A stretch of 64,000 nucleotides of DNA from an uncultured Candidatus Saccharibacteria bacterium (GCA_964428845.1 CAYRZH010000005.1:1647-65646), one strand, 5' to 3'. Shown: positions 1-9,844, counted from the stretch's first letter. Numbers and translations: made by a program. The notes: a model not told the origin generated them from the sequence alone.

Positions 1-993
1 TTGATATATGAAATCCTCAAACATGCCAGAGAGAAACTTTCCTGGGACAGAAAAATTTACTTGGCTGGGAATATAAAGGGGGTGGCAACTTTGCCTTTTC
101 TTTCTAAAATACAATCTGGCGATATGGTTGTTGCCGAGCTTTCGAGTTGGCAACTGCAGGGTTTTGGTGAAAGCAAAACATCCCCGCATATAGCTGTCTT
201 CACAAATTTCCTCGATGATCACCTGAACTATTATAAAGACGACAGAAAAAAATATTTTAAAGACAAATCATACATATACAAATATCAGAAAAAAGGAGAT
301 TTTTTAGTTGTTTCTGAACAAGCCCTCAAGTACATTCGGGGTACAAAAGATAGACCGACGGGCAAAATTGTCGCTCCCAAGACTCTACCCGCTTCCTTTA
401 AGACGGGCTTGAGTGGTAACCACAATAGAATCAACGTATCGCTTGCTGTCGAGGTAGCAAAAATTTTAGGAGTAGAGGAAAAGATTGTAAGGGAAGCGGT
501 TCGGGACTTTAGAGGTGTGCCCGGAAGGCAAGAGCTTGTCTTAAAAGCCCATGGGATCGAAATCTACAACGATACTACTTCTACAACGCCGGACTCTATC
601 GCAGTTGCTCTCGAATCTTTCGGTAAAAAAAGAAATGTAGTGCTCATAATGGGCGGAACAGACAAAGGTCTCGATGTAAAAGAAATTTTTGATAACATAA
701 ATAAATATTGTAAAACAGTCGTACTTCTTCCTGGGACAGGAACAGAAAAGTTTAAAAAACAAATAAATAAGATTAAAAATAAATCTCTCCCTATCATCGA
801 AACAAAAAATCTGAAGGAGGCGATAAGGGAGGCGCTGAAAGGAGCTAAACGTGGTGATCGTATCATTTTTAGTCCAGGGTTCACCTCTTTTGGCATGTTC
901 AAAAACGAGTACGATAGAGGCGAGAAGTTCGACCGGGAATTGGCGAAAGTTAAAAAGGATTTACCAAAAATATTGGGCAAAGGTCAGCTTTAA
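1..993 (+). CDS. murD: UDP-N-acetylmuramoylalanine--D-glutamate ligase (MurD), C-terminal part; 5' end truncated by the window edge
   Basis: C-terminal Mur-ligase domain with ...GGTDKGLD... and SPGFTSFGMFKNEYDRGEKF typical of the MurD C-terminus. Lies immediately upstream of murC. Confidence 0.6.
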   Translation: MIYEILKHAREKLSWDRKIYLAGNIKGVATLPFLSKIQSGDMVVAELSSWQLQGFGESKTSPHIAVFTNFLDDHLNYYKDDRKKYFKDKSYIYKYQKKGDFLVVSEQALKYIRGTKDRPTGKIVAPKTLPASFKTGLSGNHNRINVSLAVEVAKILGVEEKIVREAVRDFRGVPGRQELVLKAHGIEIYNDTTSTTPDSIAVALESFGKKRNVVLIMGGTDKGLDVKEIFDNINKYCKTVVLLPGTGTEKFKKQINKIKNKSLPIIETKNLKEAIREALKGAKRGDRIIFSPGFTSFGMFKNEYDRGEKFDRELAKVKKDLPKILGKGQL

Positions 994-1008
994 CATATAC
1001 TTAAGAGA

Positions 1009-2304
1009 ATGGCTCAAATCTACCTCAAAAAGCTTAAAAAGGCCCATTTTATAGGTATTGGGGGCATTGGCATGTCTGCCGTGGCTCGTATGTTCCTGCT
1101 ACAGGGCAAAAGTGTCTCGGGTTCTGATCTGTCGGATTCCCCAATAATAGAAGAGCTTTCGGGGCTTGGAGCAAAAATAAAGATAGGGGAGGGAAAGAAG
1201 AATTTACCAGAAGACACCCAGTTGGTTGTGTACACCGTTGCCATCCCTCCAAAGAACCCAGAGTTAAAAAAATCCCTGGAGAAAAAAATCCCAACGCTAT
1301 CATACCCACAAGTACTCGGTCTCATTTCGAAGGAAAAATTTACTATTGCTGTTAGTGGGACTCATGGCAAGACAACGACTACGGCAATGATCGCGACTGC
1401 AATGATCGATGCTGGTCTTGATCCGACGGTCGTGGTCGGGAGCTTGCTTAAAGACCAAAAAAGCAACTTTATCGCTGGCAAAAGTGGCTATTTTGTCGTT
1501 GAGGCCTGTGAATACAAGAGATCATTTCTAGAACTTAGCCCAAGCATCCTCGTGATCACTAATATCGATGATGACCACCTGGATTATTACGGCAACATTG
1601 CTGGGGTACAAAAAGGTTTCAAAGAGCTGGCTGAAAAACTCAAAGAAAACGATTTTTTGGTTTGTAACCCCAGAGATCCAAATGTAAGACCGATCCTGCG
1701 GGATCTTTCCTGTGCTATTTTTGACTACACTTCAACGAAAAAAAATTTTGAATTAAAGATTCCCGGGAAGCATAACGTGGAAAATGCACAAGCCGCATTG
1801 AATACTTTGAGAATTCTTGGTGTGCCAGAAAAACAAGCCATCGCATCACTTGAGCGCTTCAGTGGTACGTGGAGGAGATTTGAATACAAGGGGAAAACGA
1901 CTGGGGAAGCAGTAGTCTATGACGACTATGCGCATCACCCGACGGAGATAAAAGCAACTCTCGCCGGGGCCCGAGAGCTTTTCCCAAAGAAAAATATTGT
2001 TGTTGTCTTTCAGCCACATCTTTATAGTAGAACAAAAGAACATCGAGATGAGTTTGCTCCAGCTTTTAAGCAAGCCGACTCGGTGATTTTTGCTCCGATT
2101 TATGCTGCCCGCGAGCCTATGGATAAAAGTATTTCGTCAGAGATTCTTGCGAAGGCAATGCGTAAGTCGAAGGGAAAGGCGGTGGCACTTCAAGATTTTG
2201 AGACAATTATCAAGTTCCTCAAAGGGTCTCTAAAATCCGGAGACATCCTTATAACTATGGGTGCCGGAGATATAAATAAAGTAGCTGAAGCCATGGTACA
2301 ATAA
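1009..2304 (+). CDS. murC: UDP-N-acetylmuramate--L-alanine ligase (MurC)
   Basis: N-terminal HFIGIGGIGMSAVARMFLLQG, P-loop GTHGKTTTTAMIA and Mur ligase C-terminal domain. SD-like site 12 nt after the murD stop. Confidence 0.85.
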   Translation: MAQIYLKKLKKAHFIGIGGIGMSAVARMFLLQGKSVSGSDLSDSPIIEELSGLGAKIKIGEGKKNLPEDTQLVVYTVAIPPKNPELKKSLEKKIPTLSYPQVLGLISKEKFTIAVSGTHGKTTTTAMIATAMIDAGLDPTVVVGSLLKDQKSNFIAGKSGYFVVEACEYKRSFLELSPSILVITNIDDDHLDYYGNIAGVQKGFKELAEKLKENDFLVCNPRDPNVRPILRDLSCAIFDYTSTKKNFELKIPGKHNVENAQAALNTLRILGVPEKQAIASLERFSGTWRRFEYKGKTTGEAVVYDDYAHHPTEIKATLAGARELFPKKNIVVVFQPHLYSRTKEHRDEFAPAFKQADSVIFAPIYAAREPMDKSISSEILAKAMRKSKGKAVALQDFETIIKFLKGSLKSGDILITMGAGDINKVAEAMVQ

Positions 2305-2329
2305 TTTCTCTAATATCCTAGCGAATCTA

Positions 2330-2917
2330 ATGGATCCGGCCGCATTACAATACTTTGAGAGCTTGTCCTATTTTGGGATTTTTTTTGCTATTGCTTTAAG
2401 CGGCCATGTCATTCCTATGCCGGAAGAGGTGATACTACTGATCGTCGGTTTTATCGCTGCAAGCGGGATTGTCAAACTCCCTCTGGCCATACTGGTTTCT
2501 GTCATTGGTATTCTCGTCGCTGATATTGGCTTCTATTTTCTAAGTGCCGAGGGGGCAAAGCTCGCAGTTCATTTTAAAAGTAAAATAAAAACAGATATTT
2601 TTGATTGGTATGCAAGCCATATGAAGGAGCGTACGTTTCTTGTGATGTTCTTATCACGTTTTGTGCCAGTCCTACGAGTTGTAAGCCCACTTGTCGCTGG
2701 GGCGGTGAGGATAAATCCTCCAAGATTTATTTTATTTAGCTTCCTCTCGGCTCTGGTATATGTTCCAATCATTGTACTCATAGGGTTCTTTTTCCAATCA
2801 AAAATCACGCCACTTATAAGTGCCGCACAGACGACTCGCCATTTTCTTTTTCTCGGACTTCTTGTCGTAACTGGAGTTGCGGTCGCATTGGTAGCAAAGA
2901 AAAAGTTTTTTACTTGA
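2330..2917 (+). CDS. DedA/SNARE-associated (TVP38/TMEM64) family membrane protein
   Basis: Polytopic 195-aa protein with a DedA-like core (VILLIVGFIAASG...FLSRFVPVLRVVSPLVAG). Confidence 0.55.
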   Translation: MDPAALQYFESLSYFGIFFAIALSGHVIPMPEEVILLIVGFIAASGIVKLPLAILVSVIGILVADIGFYFLSAEGAKLAVHFKSKIKTDIFDWYASHMKERTFLVMFLSRFVPVLRVVSPLVAGAVRINPPRFILFSFLSALVYVPIIVLIGFFFQSKITPLISAAQTTRHFLFLGLLVVTGVAVALVAKKKFFT

Positions 2918-2918
2918 T

Positions 2919-3176
2919 TTGCTATGGTATACTCTTGCCATGATCACGAAAAATAGACTCATCCTCATCCTTGGTATCTGGATTGCTCTGATTCCTTTCC
3001 TCGGTTTTCCAAGTTCGTATAAGTCTTTTTTTGTTGTGGCTTCTGGTATCGCTGTGGCGGTTGTGTCGTTTCTGCATGCTCGTGACAGGTACCGCGCACA
3101 GATGCTTTCTTCAGGACAAGATGACAAGAAGGAAATTTTATCAGAAACATTTACAGAAAATAGTTTAAAATCTTAA
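2919..3176 (+). CDS. Small hypothetical membrane protein (85 aa, 2 TM)
   Basis: ORF abuts the DedA stop and has two hydrophobic helices. No recognisable family. Confidence 0.3.
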   Translation: MLWYTLAMITKNRLILILGIWIALIPFLGFPSSYKSFFVVASGIAVAVVSFLHARDRYRAQMLSSGQDDKKEILSETFTENSLKS

Positions 3177-3199
3177 GTTCCTTCTCTAATCCGAAGATA

Positions 3200-4468
3200 A
3201 TGTCACGGCGGCCTTCCACCTACAAATACGCGACAGCAGGAATTTTTTGTATTGGGACGTTATCATTCCTCTATTTTTTTGTGCCGGTAGCTTTTCCTTC
3301 AGAATATTATTTGGCGAGCGGGATCAAACAACTAAAAATTTCCAAAAACGAATCTAGTCCACAAACACGCCAAGAGCCAGTTTTTGTTGTCACACATCTG
3401 AAGACTCCAGTGCCGCTCAAAGCGATCTACATGACTCAATGTGTAGCTGGCCTGAAGAGTTTTAGAAATGATCTAGCGAAGATTGCTGAAACTACAGAAA
3501 TAAATTCTATAGTTATCGATATCAAGGACTACAGTGGCCGTATTTCTTTTCCAACAGAAAATCCAATGCTTAAGCCTGCTGTGGCAGAAAACTGTCGAGC
3601 CACTGACATGAAAGAATTTATCGGGTCTCTTCATGATAAAAACATCTATGTGATTGGACGAATAACTGTTTTTCAAGATCCCTTTATGACCGCGGCACAC
3701 CCAGAGCGGGCAGTGCATAAGCTATCGGATGGAGGAGTTTGGAAGGATTTTAAGGGTTTGAGTTTTATTGATGTTGGTTCAAAAGAGCATTGGGATTACA
3801 TTGTCGAACTTTCTAAGGAGTCGTACGCAGTTGGTTTTGATGAGCTTAATTTTGATTACATACGTTATCCGTCTGATGGAAATATGAAGGATACTGCCTT
3901 CATGCTCCCGACCGGGAAGACAAAACCACAAATGCTCAAAGAATTTTTTGCATATTTGGAAAGTAAAATCCGCCCTACTGGTGCAGTACTTTCGGCCGAT
4001 CTTTTCGGAATGACAACCACGAACTCGGATGACTTAAATATCGGACAAATTCTTGAACATGCTTTGGAACATTTCGACTACGTAGCACCAATGGTATATC
4101 CATCGCATTATCCACCGACTTTCAATGGTTATGGTGATCCCAACAAATATCCATATGAAGTGGTGAAATATTCTATGGATAAGGCGGTTGAAAAGGCCCA
4201 GGCTTTTGACTTATCACGTTCGCAGATGGCCACGGCAGCAGCAGTAAATAACCAAAACCTAAATCCAATCACCACAGCGGACGCCTCTTTAGGAAATTCG
4301 GCAAAGAAACTACGCCCCTGGCTTCAAGATTTCGACTATGGTGGTAACTATGACATTGCTGAAGTGCGAGCGCAGATAAAGGCGACATATGACGCGGGAC
4401 TCGACTCGTGGATGCTATGGAGCCCGAGCAATAGGTATACTCTGGGGGCATTAGAGAGAGAAATTTAA
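3200..4468 (+). CDS. Putative glycoside-hydrolase-like protein (DUF4015/GHL-type TIM barrel) with N-terminal TM anchor
   Basis: N-terminal hydrophobic segment followed by motifs typical of the DUF4015 family (INSIVIDIKDYSG..., FDELNFDYIRYP). Family assignment is from memory and not searched. Confidence 0.4.
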   Translation: MSRRPSTYKYATAGIFCIGTLSFLYFFVPVAFPSEYYLASGIKQLKISKNESSPQTRQEPVFVVTHLKTPVPLKAIYMTQCVAGLKSFRNDLAKIAETTEINSIVIDIKDYSGRISFPTENPMLKPAVAENCRATDMKEFIGSLHDKNIYVIGRITVFQDPFMTAAHPERAVHKLSDGGVWKDFKGLSFIDVGSKEHWDYIVELSKESYAVGFDELNFDYIRYPSDGNMKDTAFMLPTGKTKPQMLKEFFAYLESKIRPTGAVLSADLFGMTTTNSDDLNIGQILEHALEHFDYVAPMVYPSHYPPTFNGYGDPNKYPYEVVKYSMDKAVEKAQAFDLSRSQMATAAAVNNQNLNPITTADASLGNSAKKLRPWLQDFDYGGNYDIAEVRAQIKATYDAGLDSWMLWSPSNRYTLGALEREI

Positions 4469-4482
4469 ATTTGCGCTTGGTC

Positions 4483-4511
4483 TTGACACATACCAATGAT
4501 GAGTGTAGAAT
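4483..4511 (+). promoter_or_regulatory. Sigma70-type promoter TTGACA-17-TAGAAT driving GC-rich cassette 1
   Basis: TTGACA at 4483-4488, a 17-nt spacer and TAGAAT at 4506-4511, 15 nt after the upstream stop codon. Confidence 0.45.
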
Positions 4512-4679
4512 GCGGCGAGTATACAAAGCAGTTCTTTGGCGTAACCTTGTTGGTGGTCATAGCCAAAAGATGCTGATAAAAACTTTAATAGTTCGGCATT
4601 TTCTGGCTATGACTACCAGTGTGGTATGTCCTCTGGCAAAATCAAAACTGGCGAAAGCCTTGAGAAAGGGAAAAGCGCC

Positions 4680-5291
4680 ATGCACAAGCAAACTGCAGAG
4701 TTGATTGGCCGGATCGCCCAGAATCTTCCGGACATGGATGGAGACATCATGCAGGGCTGGATCAACAACCCCCGTGGTCTCCAGGGGGCTCTTAGATTGG
4801 CCCTCTGCCAACCAAAAGCCGGATCTGTTCCGAAGGAGGAAACTCCTCTCGACACCATCATCCGTGTCGATCGCACCATCCGTCCTGCCTACCCAAGCTG
4901 GGCAACGGAGGTGATGCACCCCGAACTGGAGACTGTTGGGCCTGCCGAGTACGACCTTGCCAAACGAATCAATCTCTGGTTCCACAACGCCCAGATAGTC
5001 GAAGGGCGATCGATGGGCACTGTCATCTACGGATTTCTGAAGGCAACCGATGGTCTGAAAACATGTCTCGGCCTTCACGGCGCAGTGGAGATTCAGCAGA
5101 AGGGCATCGTCGTTTTCCGAAAACTCTTCGGAGGTAGGGCAGTGTTCTGCTGGAAGTCGGTCGTTCGCGACCGCGATGGCAGCCTCCTCGTTCCGTACGT
5201 CTATGACGACGGTGTCAGTGTTGTGGTGCGCTGGCGCTGGCTCGGCCATGACTGGGTCTCCGACGGCCCTGCGGCTCGCTTCGTAAGTTGA
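4680..5291 (+). CDS. Hypothetical protein encoded in GC-rich cassette 1 (203 aa from ATG 4680; alternative start ATG 4626 gives 221 aa)
   Basis: ORF in a ~60% G+C stretch, with GAAAGGG SD-like site 9 nt upstream of ATG 4680 and on the same strand as the promoter and terminator. The competing antisense ORF 4557-5537(-) overlaps the next gene and looks like an antisense artefact. No family recognised. Confidence 0.4.
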   Translation: MHKQTAELIGRIAQNLPDMDGDIMQGWINNPRGLQGALRLALCQPKAGSVPKEETPLDTIIRVDRTIRPAYPSWATEVMHPELETVGPAEYDLAKRINLWFHNAQIVEGRSMGTVIYGFLKATDGLKTCLGLHGAVEIQQKGIVVFRKLFGGRAVFCWKSVVRDRDGSLLVPYVYDDGVSVVVRWRWLGHDWVSDGPAARFVS

Positions 5292-5392
5292 CACTTGGGA
5301 CTTAGTCCCTCGGGTCTTCTGGACCTCTTGATCTTTGTCCTTTGTATCGCGGCCATTTGCCGCAACGTACTCCAAAACGGTAACAATGGAAG

Positions 5393-5421
5393 CCTCGGGC
5401 AACAATGCTCGGGGTTTTTTT
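5393..5421 (+). terminator. Putative intrinsic terminator of cassette 1 (7-bp stem with 2 G-U pairs, 8-nt loop, T7)
   Basis: CCTCGGG-caacaatg-CTCGGGG followed by TTTTTTT. A second T-run follows at 5441-5447. Confidence 0.3.
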
Positions 5422-5461
5422 GTGAGCTGCCTGTCCACCGCTTTTTTTGTCTCAATTTTCC

Positions 5462-5470
5462 TGGTATAAT
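5462..5470 (+). promoter_or_regulatory. Extended -10 element (TGgTATAAT) for the VirD4-like gene
   Basis: tggtataat 20 nt upstream of ATG 5491. Confidence 0.3.
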
Positions 5471-5490
5471 TTCGCCAAAGCACATTTTCT

Positions 5491-7419
5491 ATGGACAACG
5501 ATCGCATCACATATTTCGCAGAGACCGACTCGCGCAATAAGCGAGTAGCATTTGGTATAAAATCAAAAGACCGATCTCGCCACGTCTACGTCATAGGTAA
5601 GACAGGTATGGGTAAATCCACCCTTCTTGAGAATATGGCTGTCCAAGACATCCAAAATGGGGAAGGCATGGCTTTCATAGATCCACACGGCAAGACTGCC
5701 GAGCTCCTACTTGAATACGTACCACAAGATCGCATGAAAGATGTGGTATATTTCGCGCCTTTTGACACCGAATACCCGATTTCCTTCAACGTCATGGAGG
5801 ATGTTGGTCCCAACAAACGCCATTTGGTTGCAAACGGTCTCATGAGTGCATTCAAAAAGATTTGGGTCGATGCTTGGTCGGCCCGCATGGAGTACATTTT
5901 GAATAATATTTTACTCGCTCTTCTCGAGTACCCAGATTCGACCCTGATCGGTGTAAATAGAATGCTAGCCGATAAAGACTATCGCAAGAAGGTCGTCGAC
6001 AATATCACCGATCCGTCGGTAAAAGCTTTTTGGACAGACGAGTTCGCAAAGTATGGCGATCGATATATGCAAGAAGCGGGAGCGGCAATTCAAAATAAAA
6101 TTGGGCAGTTTATCGCTAACCCTTTGGTGCGTAATATCATCGGCCAACCAAAATCGAGTTTCGATCTGCGAAAGATGATGGATGAAAACAAGATAATGAT
6201 CGTCAATCTCTCCAAGGGTCGCGTGGGCGAGGCCAACGCCAATCTCTTGGGTAGTATGCTCATCACAAAGATCTATCTGGCGGCCATGTCTCGTGCTGAT
6301 ACAAGTGAGAGTAAACTCAAGTCTCTTCCACAGTTCTATCTTTATGTCGACGAATTTCAGTCTTTTGCCAACGAATCTTTCGCCGACATTCTTTCGGAGG
6401 CTAGAAAATACAAGTTGAATCTAACCATGGCTCATCAATATATCGAGCAAATGTCGGAAGAAGTTCGAGCGGCAGTGTTTGGTAACGTCGGTACCATGAT
6501 CGTTTTCCGAGTGGGCGCTTACGACGCCGAAGTCCTCGAGAAGGAATTTGCCCCCACCTTTAGTGTAGAAGATCTGGTCAATCTGGGGTTTGTACAGATA
6601 TATCTTAAACTTATGATCGACGGCGTGACGTCTCCACCTTTTTCGGCAACCACACTGCCGCCGATCGATAAACCAGACATTTCATTCAGAGACGATATCA
6701 TAGAAAACTCAAGAAAAACCTTTGCTTCTCCAAGGAGTGAAGTGGAAGAGCAAATCAAAAAATGGCACGAGCCAGTAACTTCTATACGAAGAGATGATAG
6801 ACCAAGGCCGCCGCAAGGGACTGTAGAGTTTTCGCCGCGTCCGCAAACCCAAGCGCCGTCGTCTATGCCATCCCAACTGCCTCAACAACCGTCCCAACCG
6901 CAACCTGTTTCGAAGGTGTCACAACCACCACAACCCTCACAACCACCGCCTGCACCGCAACCTCCGCAACAAACTCCGCCACCTCCAAGACCTCCAGAGC
7001 CGCCCAGATCTATCCAGCCCACTTCTCCTCAACGGCCCCTTCAACAATCACCGCAGCCGCCGAGACCGGATTCCCATCGAGATCAACTTCCGCATCAGGC
7101 TCGACCAGTTTCTCTAGACACGCTCAAAAAAGATAAAGGACCAAGTGGTAAAAATCTTTCAGAGTTGAAAAACGCCCTTAGGGATTTGGTAGAACAGACA
7201 AAACAGCACAGCGAAAAAAAGGATGAGGGGCAGGAAGGGAAACACAACAACAAACCTCAAGAAAAACCGGCGATAGGGAATGGAAATCATAAATCCCAAG
7301 TCAAAGATAATCCTAAGCCTTCAAAAGATTCACCGCCACAAAGTCACCCCCCTCAAAAAGAAAAACCTCGGGAAGTTCCAGAAGATGTACTCCGCAAAGT
7401 CATCAACGGATCAAAGTAA
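5491..7419 (+). CDS. VirD4/TraG/TraD-like type IV secretion coupling ATPase with long C-terminal Pro/Gln-rich low-complexity tail
   Basis: Walker A VIGKTGMGKSTLLENM and Walker B-like YLYVDEFQSF. The N-terminal ITYFAETDSRNKR matches the CPR 'T4SS DNA-binding domain' protein family. The last ~210 aa are PQPSQP-type repeats. Confidence 0.6.
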   Translation: MDNDRITYFAETDSRNKRVAFGIKSKDRSRHVYVIGKTGMGKSTLLENMAVQDIQNGEGMAFIDPHGKTAELLLEYVPQDRMKDVVYFAPFDTEYPISFNVMEDVGPNKRHLVANGLMSAFKKIWVDAWSARMEYILNNILLALLEYPDSTLIGVNRMLADKDYRKKVVDNITDPSVKAFWTDEFAKYGDRYMQEAGAAIQNKIGQFIANPLVRNIIGQPKSSFDLRKMMDENKIMIVNLSKGRVGEANANLLGSMLITKIYLAAMSRADTSESKLKSLPQFYLYVDEFQSFANESFADILSEARKYKLNLTMAHQYIEQMSEEVRAAVFGNVGTMIVFRVGAYDAEVLEKEFAPTFSVEDLVNLGFVQIYLKLMIDGVTSPPFSATTLPPIDKPDISFRDDIIENSRKTFASPRSEVEEQIKKWHEPVTSIRRDDRPRPPQGTVEFSPRPQTQAPSSMPSQLPQQPSQPQPVSKVSQPPQPSQPPPAPQPPQQTPPPPRPPEPPRSIQPTSPQRPLQQSPQPPRPDSHRDQLPHQARPVSLDTLKKDKGPSGKNLSELKNALRDLVEQTKQHSEKKDEGQEGKHNNKPQEKPAIGNGNHKSQVKDNPKPSKDSPPQSHPPQKEKPREVPEDVLRKVINGSK

Positions 7420-7483
7420 AGTTAGCGGAAACTTTGTAACTCGTTTATACTCGATCTGATTGTAGTAGGATACCCGCACAGGC

Positions 7484-8677
7484 ATGAAAAAGAGAATTCT
7501 CATATTTTCCCTAGCATTTAAGCCATTTTTGGGTGGTGCTGAAATCGCTATAAAAGAGATTACCGATAGGATTTCGCCTACCGAATTGGAGTTTGACATG
7601 ATTACCCTTCGCTTCGATAGCAATCTGCCGAAGTTCGAGCGGGTAGGAAATATAAATGTGTATCGGATCGGTTTCTCAAAGAAATCTCCAACGATGACTG
7701 ATCTTGTGAAATTTCCGATGTATCTAAATAAAGTATTCTTTCCGGTCACCGCTTTTTTTAAAGCTCGGACTCTCGATCGAAAACAGAACTACAACGCGCT
7801 CTGGTGCATGATGTCTTATACAGGTTTTCCAGCTCTCTTCCTAAATTGGTTTGGGCGCCGAATTCCGATCATACTCACTCTACAAGAAGGTGATTCGATT
7901 TCTCATATTACCAAGCGTCTCCGGATTAGAATAGTCTTCCCACTTTATCGAGCCATTTTTAAAAAGGCTTCGGTGGTGCAAGCGATTTCAACATTTCTTG
8001 GAAGATTTGCCAGGGATATGGGGTTTCGTGGGCGTATCGAGATAATACCAAATGCGGTAGATACGAAACTCTTTTCAGAAAGAATCTCCGATAAAGACTT
8101 ATCGGACCTGAAGCAGAAAATGGATAAAAAAGACGGAGATGTTTTTCTCATCACCACATCTCGACTTGTGCCCAAGAACGCAGTTGGAGATGTGATCGAT
8201 TCTCTGAAACATCTCCCAGAAAACTATAAGTTTATTATTCTTGGTATCGGACCCCTTGAGAACTCACTAAAATCAAAAACTGATATGTTACATCTCAACC
8301 ACAGAGTGAGGTTTCTTGGTGAAGTCGAACATAAAATAATCCCCACATATCTTCAAGTATCAGACATCTTTATCCGCCCCTCACTCTCTGAAGGTATGGG
8401 GAATTCTTTCATAGAAGCTATGGCGGCTGGCATCCCAGTGGTGGGTACTGCTGTCGGTGGTATCACAGATTTTCTAAAAGACCGGTCGACTGGGGTTGTC
8501 TGTAAAGTAGGTGATTCTGTGGATATTGCCCAGAAGATAAAACTGCTTGTCGAGAACTCTTCTCTTCGAGAAAAAGTTATAAAAGAAGCCCGAGCTCTCG
8601 CCTTTGAAAAATACGACTGGAATCTCATCTCTAAAGAAATGAAAGAGAGGGTTTTTCAAAAGGCATTTTTTTGCTAA
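7484..8677 (+). CDS. Glycosyltransferase family 4 (GT-B, retaining)
   Basis: C-terminal EX7E region EGMGNSFIEAMAAGIPVVGTAVGGITDFL. Confidence 0.75.
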   Translation: MKKRILIFSLAFKPFLGGAEIAIKEITDRISPTELEFDMITLRFDSNLPKFERVGNINVYRIGFSKKSPTMTDLVKFPMYLNKVFFPVTAFFKARTLDRKQNYNALWCMMSYTGFPALFLNWFGRRIPIILTLQEGDSISHITKRLRIRIVFPLYRAIFKKASVVQAISTFLGRFARDMGFRGRIEIIPNAVDTKLFSERISDKDLSDLKQKMDKKDGDVFLITTSRLVPKNAVGDVIDSLKHLPENYKFIILGIGPLENSLKSKTDMLHLNHRVRFLGEVEHKIIPTYLQVSDIFIRPSLSEGMGNSFIEAMAAGIPVVGTAVGGITDFLKDRSTGVVCKVGDSVDIAQKIKLLVENSSLREKVIKEARALAFEKYDWNLISKEMKERVFQKAFFC

Positions 8678-8695
8678 ATTTAAGGTTATATTCAC

Positions 8696-9844
8696 ATGAA
8701 AGTCTTAATCTGCACGGGGATATTTCCACCCGAAATCGGTGGGCCGGCTACCTACGCCGGCCTTTTGGCGCAAGAGCTACCGAAACGTGGTTTTAGTGTC
8801 GAAATCTTCCCATTTCGGGAGGTTCGCGGTTACCCGCGGGGTATAAGGCATTTGATGTATTTCTTTGGGGTTTTTAGGCGAGGTTTTTTTGCCGATGTTA
8901 TTTTTACTCAAGATCCGGTTAGTACGGGTGTGCCAGTGGTTTGTGCCGCTTTCTTGATACGTAAAAGAGTCGTGTTGCGTGTGGCTGGAGACTATGCCTG
9001 GGAACAGGCACGCCAGCACTTTGCCGTTACTGATTCTATCGATGAATTTCAAAACAAGAAATATTCTTTTTTTGTAGAGCTTTTAAGAAAGTTGCAGACT
9101 TTTTCTGTGCGTTATTCTCATAGAGTAATAACTCCGAGCAATTATTTCAACAAGGTTGTCAGTAGTTGGCTTTGGGGCGGAGTAGAAGATATCGCGCGTA
9201 AAAATATCAGGGACAAAAATATCACCACAATTTACAACGGTATTGATATTCATGAAAACTTCAAGAAAGAATCAAAATTTTCTCAAAAAACGATTATAAG
9301 TGCCGGTAGACTGGTACCATGGAAAGGATTCGACGTGCTTATCGAAGCTTTGAGTAAAATGCCAGACTGGCAGCTCCTCATCGCCGGTGAGGGTCCTGAC
9401 AAGGGTAGACTTGTGGAAATTGTGTCGAAGCACAAGCTCGAGGATAGGGTAAATTTTTTGGGGAAGCTCGACCGCGCAGATTTGTTTTCTAAAATATATC
9501 GATCACATGTGTTTGCTCTGCTGTCTACTTTTGAGAGCTTTTCGTTTCAGGTTGTCGAAGCTATGTTTGTGGGGACTCCTGTTATCGCCGCCAAGATCGG
9601 CAATCTAGGGGAGATAATCGAAAACGAGGTGAATGGAATTCTTCTCGAGCCAAGAGATATCGATAGCTTCATAAGATACTCTAAAAAAATTGTTGAGGAT
9701 GATTCGTACAGAGGGAAAATTATTAATGCTGCATCTATACGCGCGGCCGACTTCTCCATCGACAAAACTATAGATCAACTTTCCAAAGTGCTACAAGAAA
9801 GCGGTAGGAGAAAAGATGGGAAAAGTATAGAGAAATCAAAATGA
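8696..9844 (+). CDS. Glycosyltransferase family 4
   Basis: FESFSFQVVEAMFVGTPVIAAKIGNLGEII motif and GT-B N-terminal domain (MKVLICTGIFPPEIGGPATY). Confidence 0.75.
   Translation: MKVLICTGIFPPEIGGPATYAGLLAQELPKRGFSVEIFPFREVRGYPRGIRHLMYFFGVFRRGFFADVIFTQDPVSTGVPVVCAAFLIRKRVVLRVAGDYAWEQARQHFAVTDSIDEFQNKKYSFFVELLRKLQTFSVRYSHRVITPSNYFNKVVSSWLWGGVEDIARKNIRDKNITTIYNGIDIHENFKKESKFSQKTIISAGRLVPWKGFDVLIEALSKMPDWQLLIAGEGPDKGRLVEIVSKHKLEDRVNFLGKLDRADLFSKIYRSHVFALLSTFESFSFQVVEAMFVGTPVIAAKIGNLGEIIENEVNGILLEPRDIDSFIRYSKKIVEDDSYRGKIINAASIRAADFSIDKTIDQLSKVLQESGRRKDGKSIEKSK

Noticed and set aside
4471-4704. 77-aa ORF with TTG start overlapping the cassette-1 promoter and leader
   Set aside because: It starts inside the -35 region and has a basic low-complexity composition. 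More likely a non-coding leader.
4557-5537. 326-aa minus-strand ORF covering cassette 1
   Set aside because: It overlaps the start of the downstream VirD4-like gene and has no promoter or SD-like site. Its composition is typical of antisense reading of a GC-rich gene (Arg/Ala/Val-rich, no motifs). The plus strand has a promoter, an SD-like site and a terminator.
6519-6903. Minus-strand ORFs of 79 and 64 aa inside the VirD4-like gene
   Set aside because: They lie within the Pro/Gln-codon repeat region, where the antisense frame stays open by chance.
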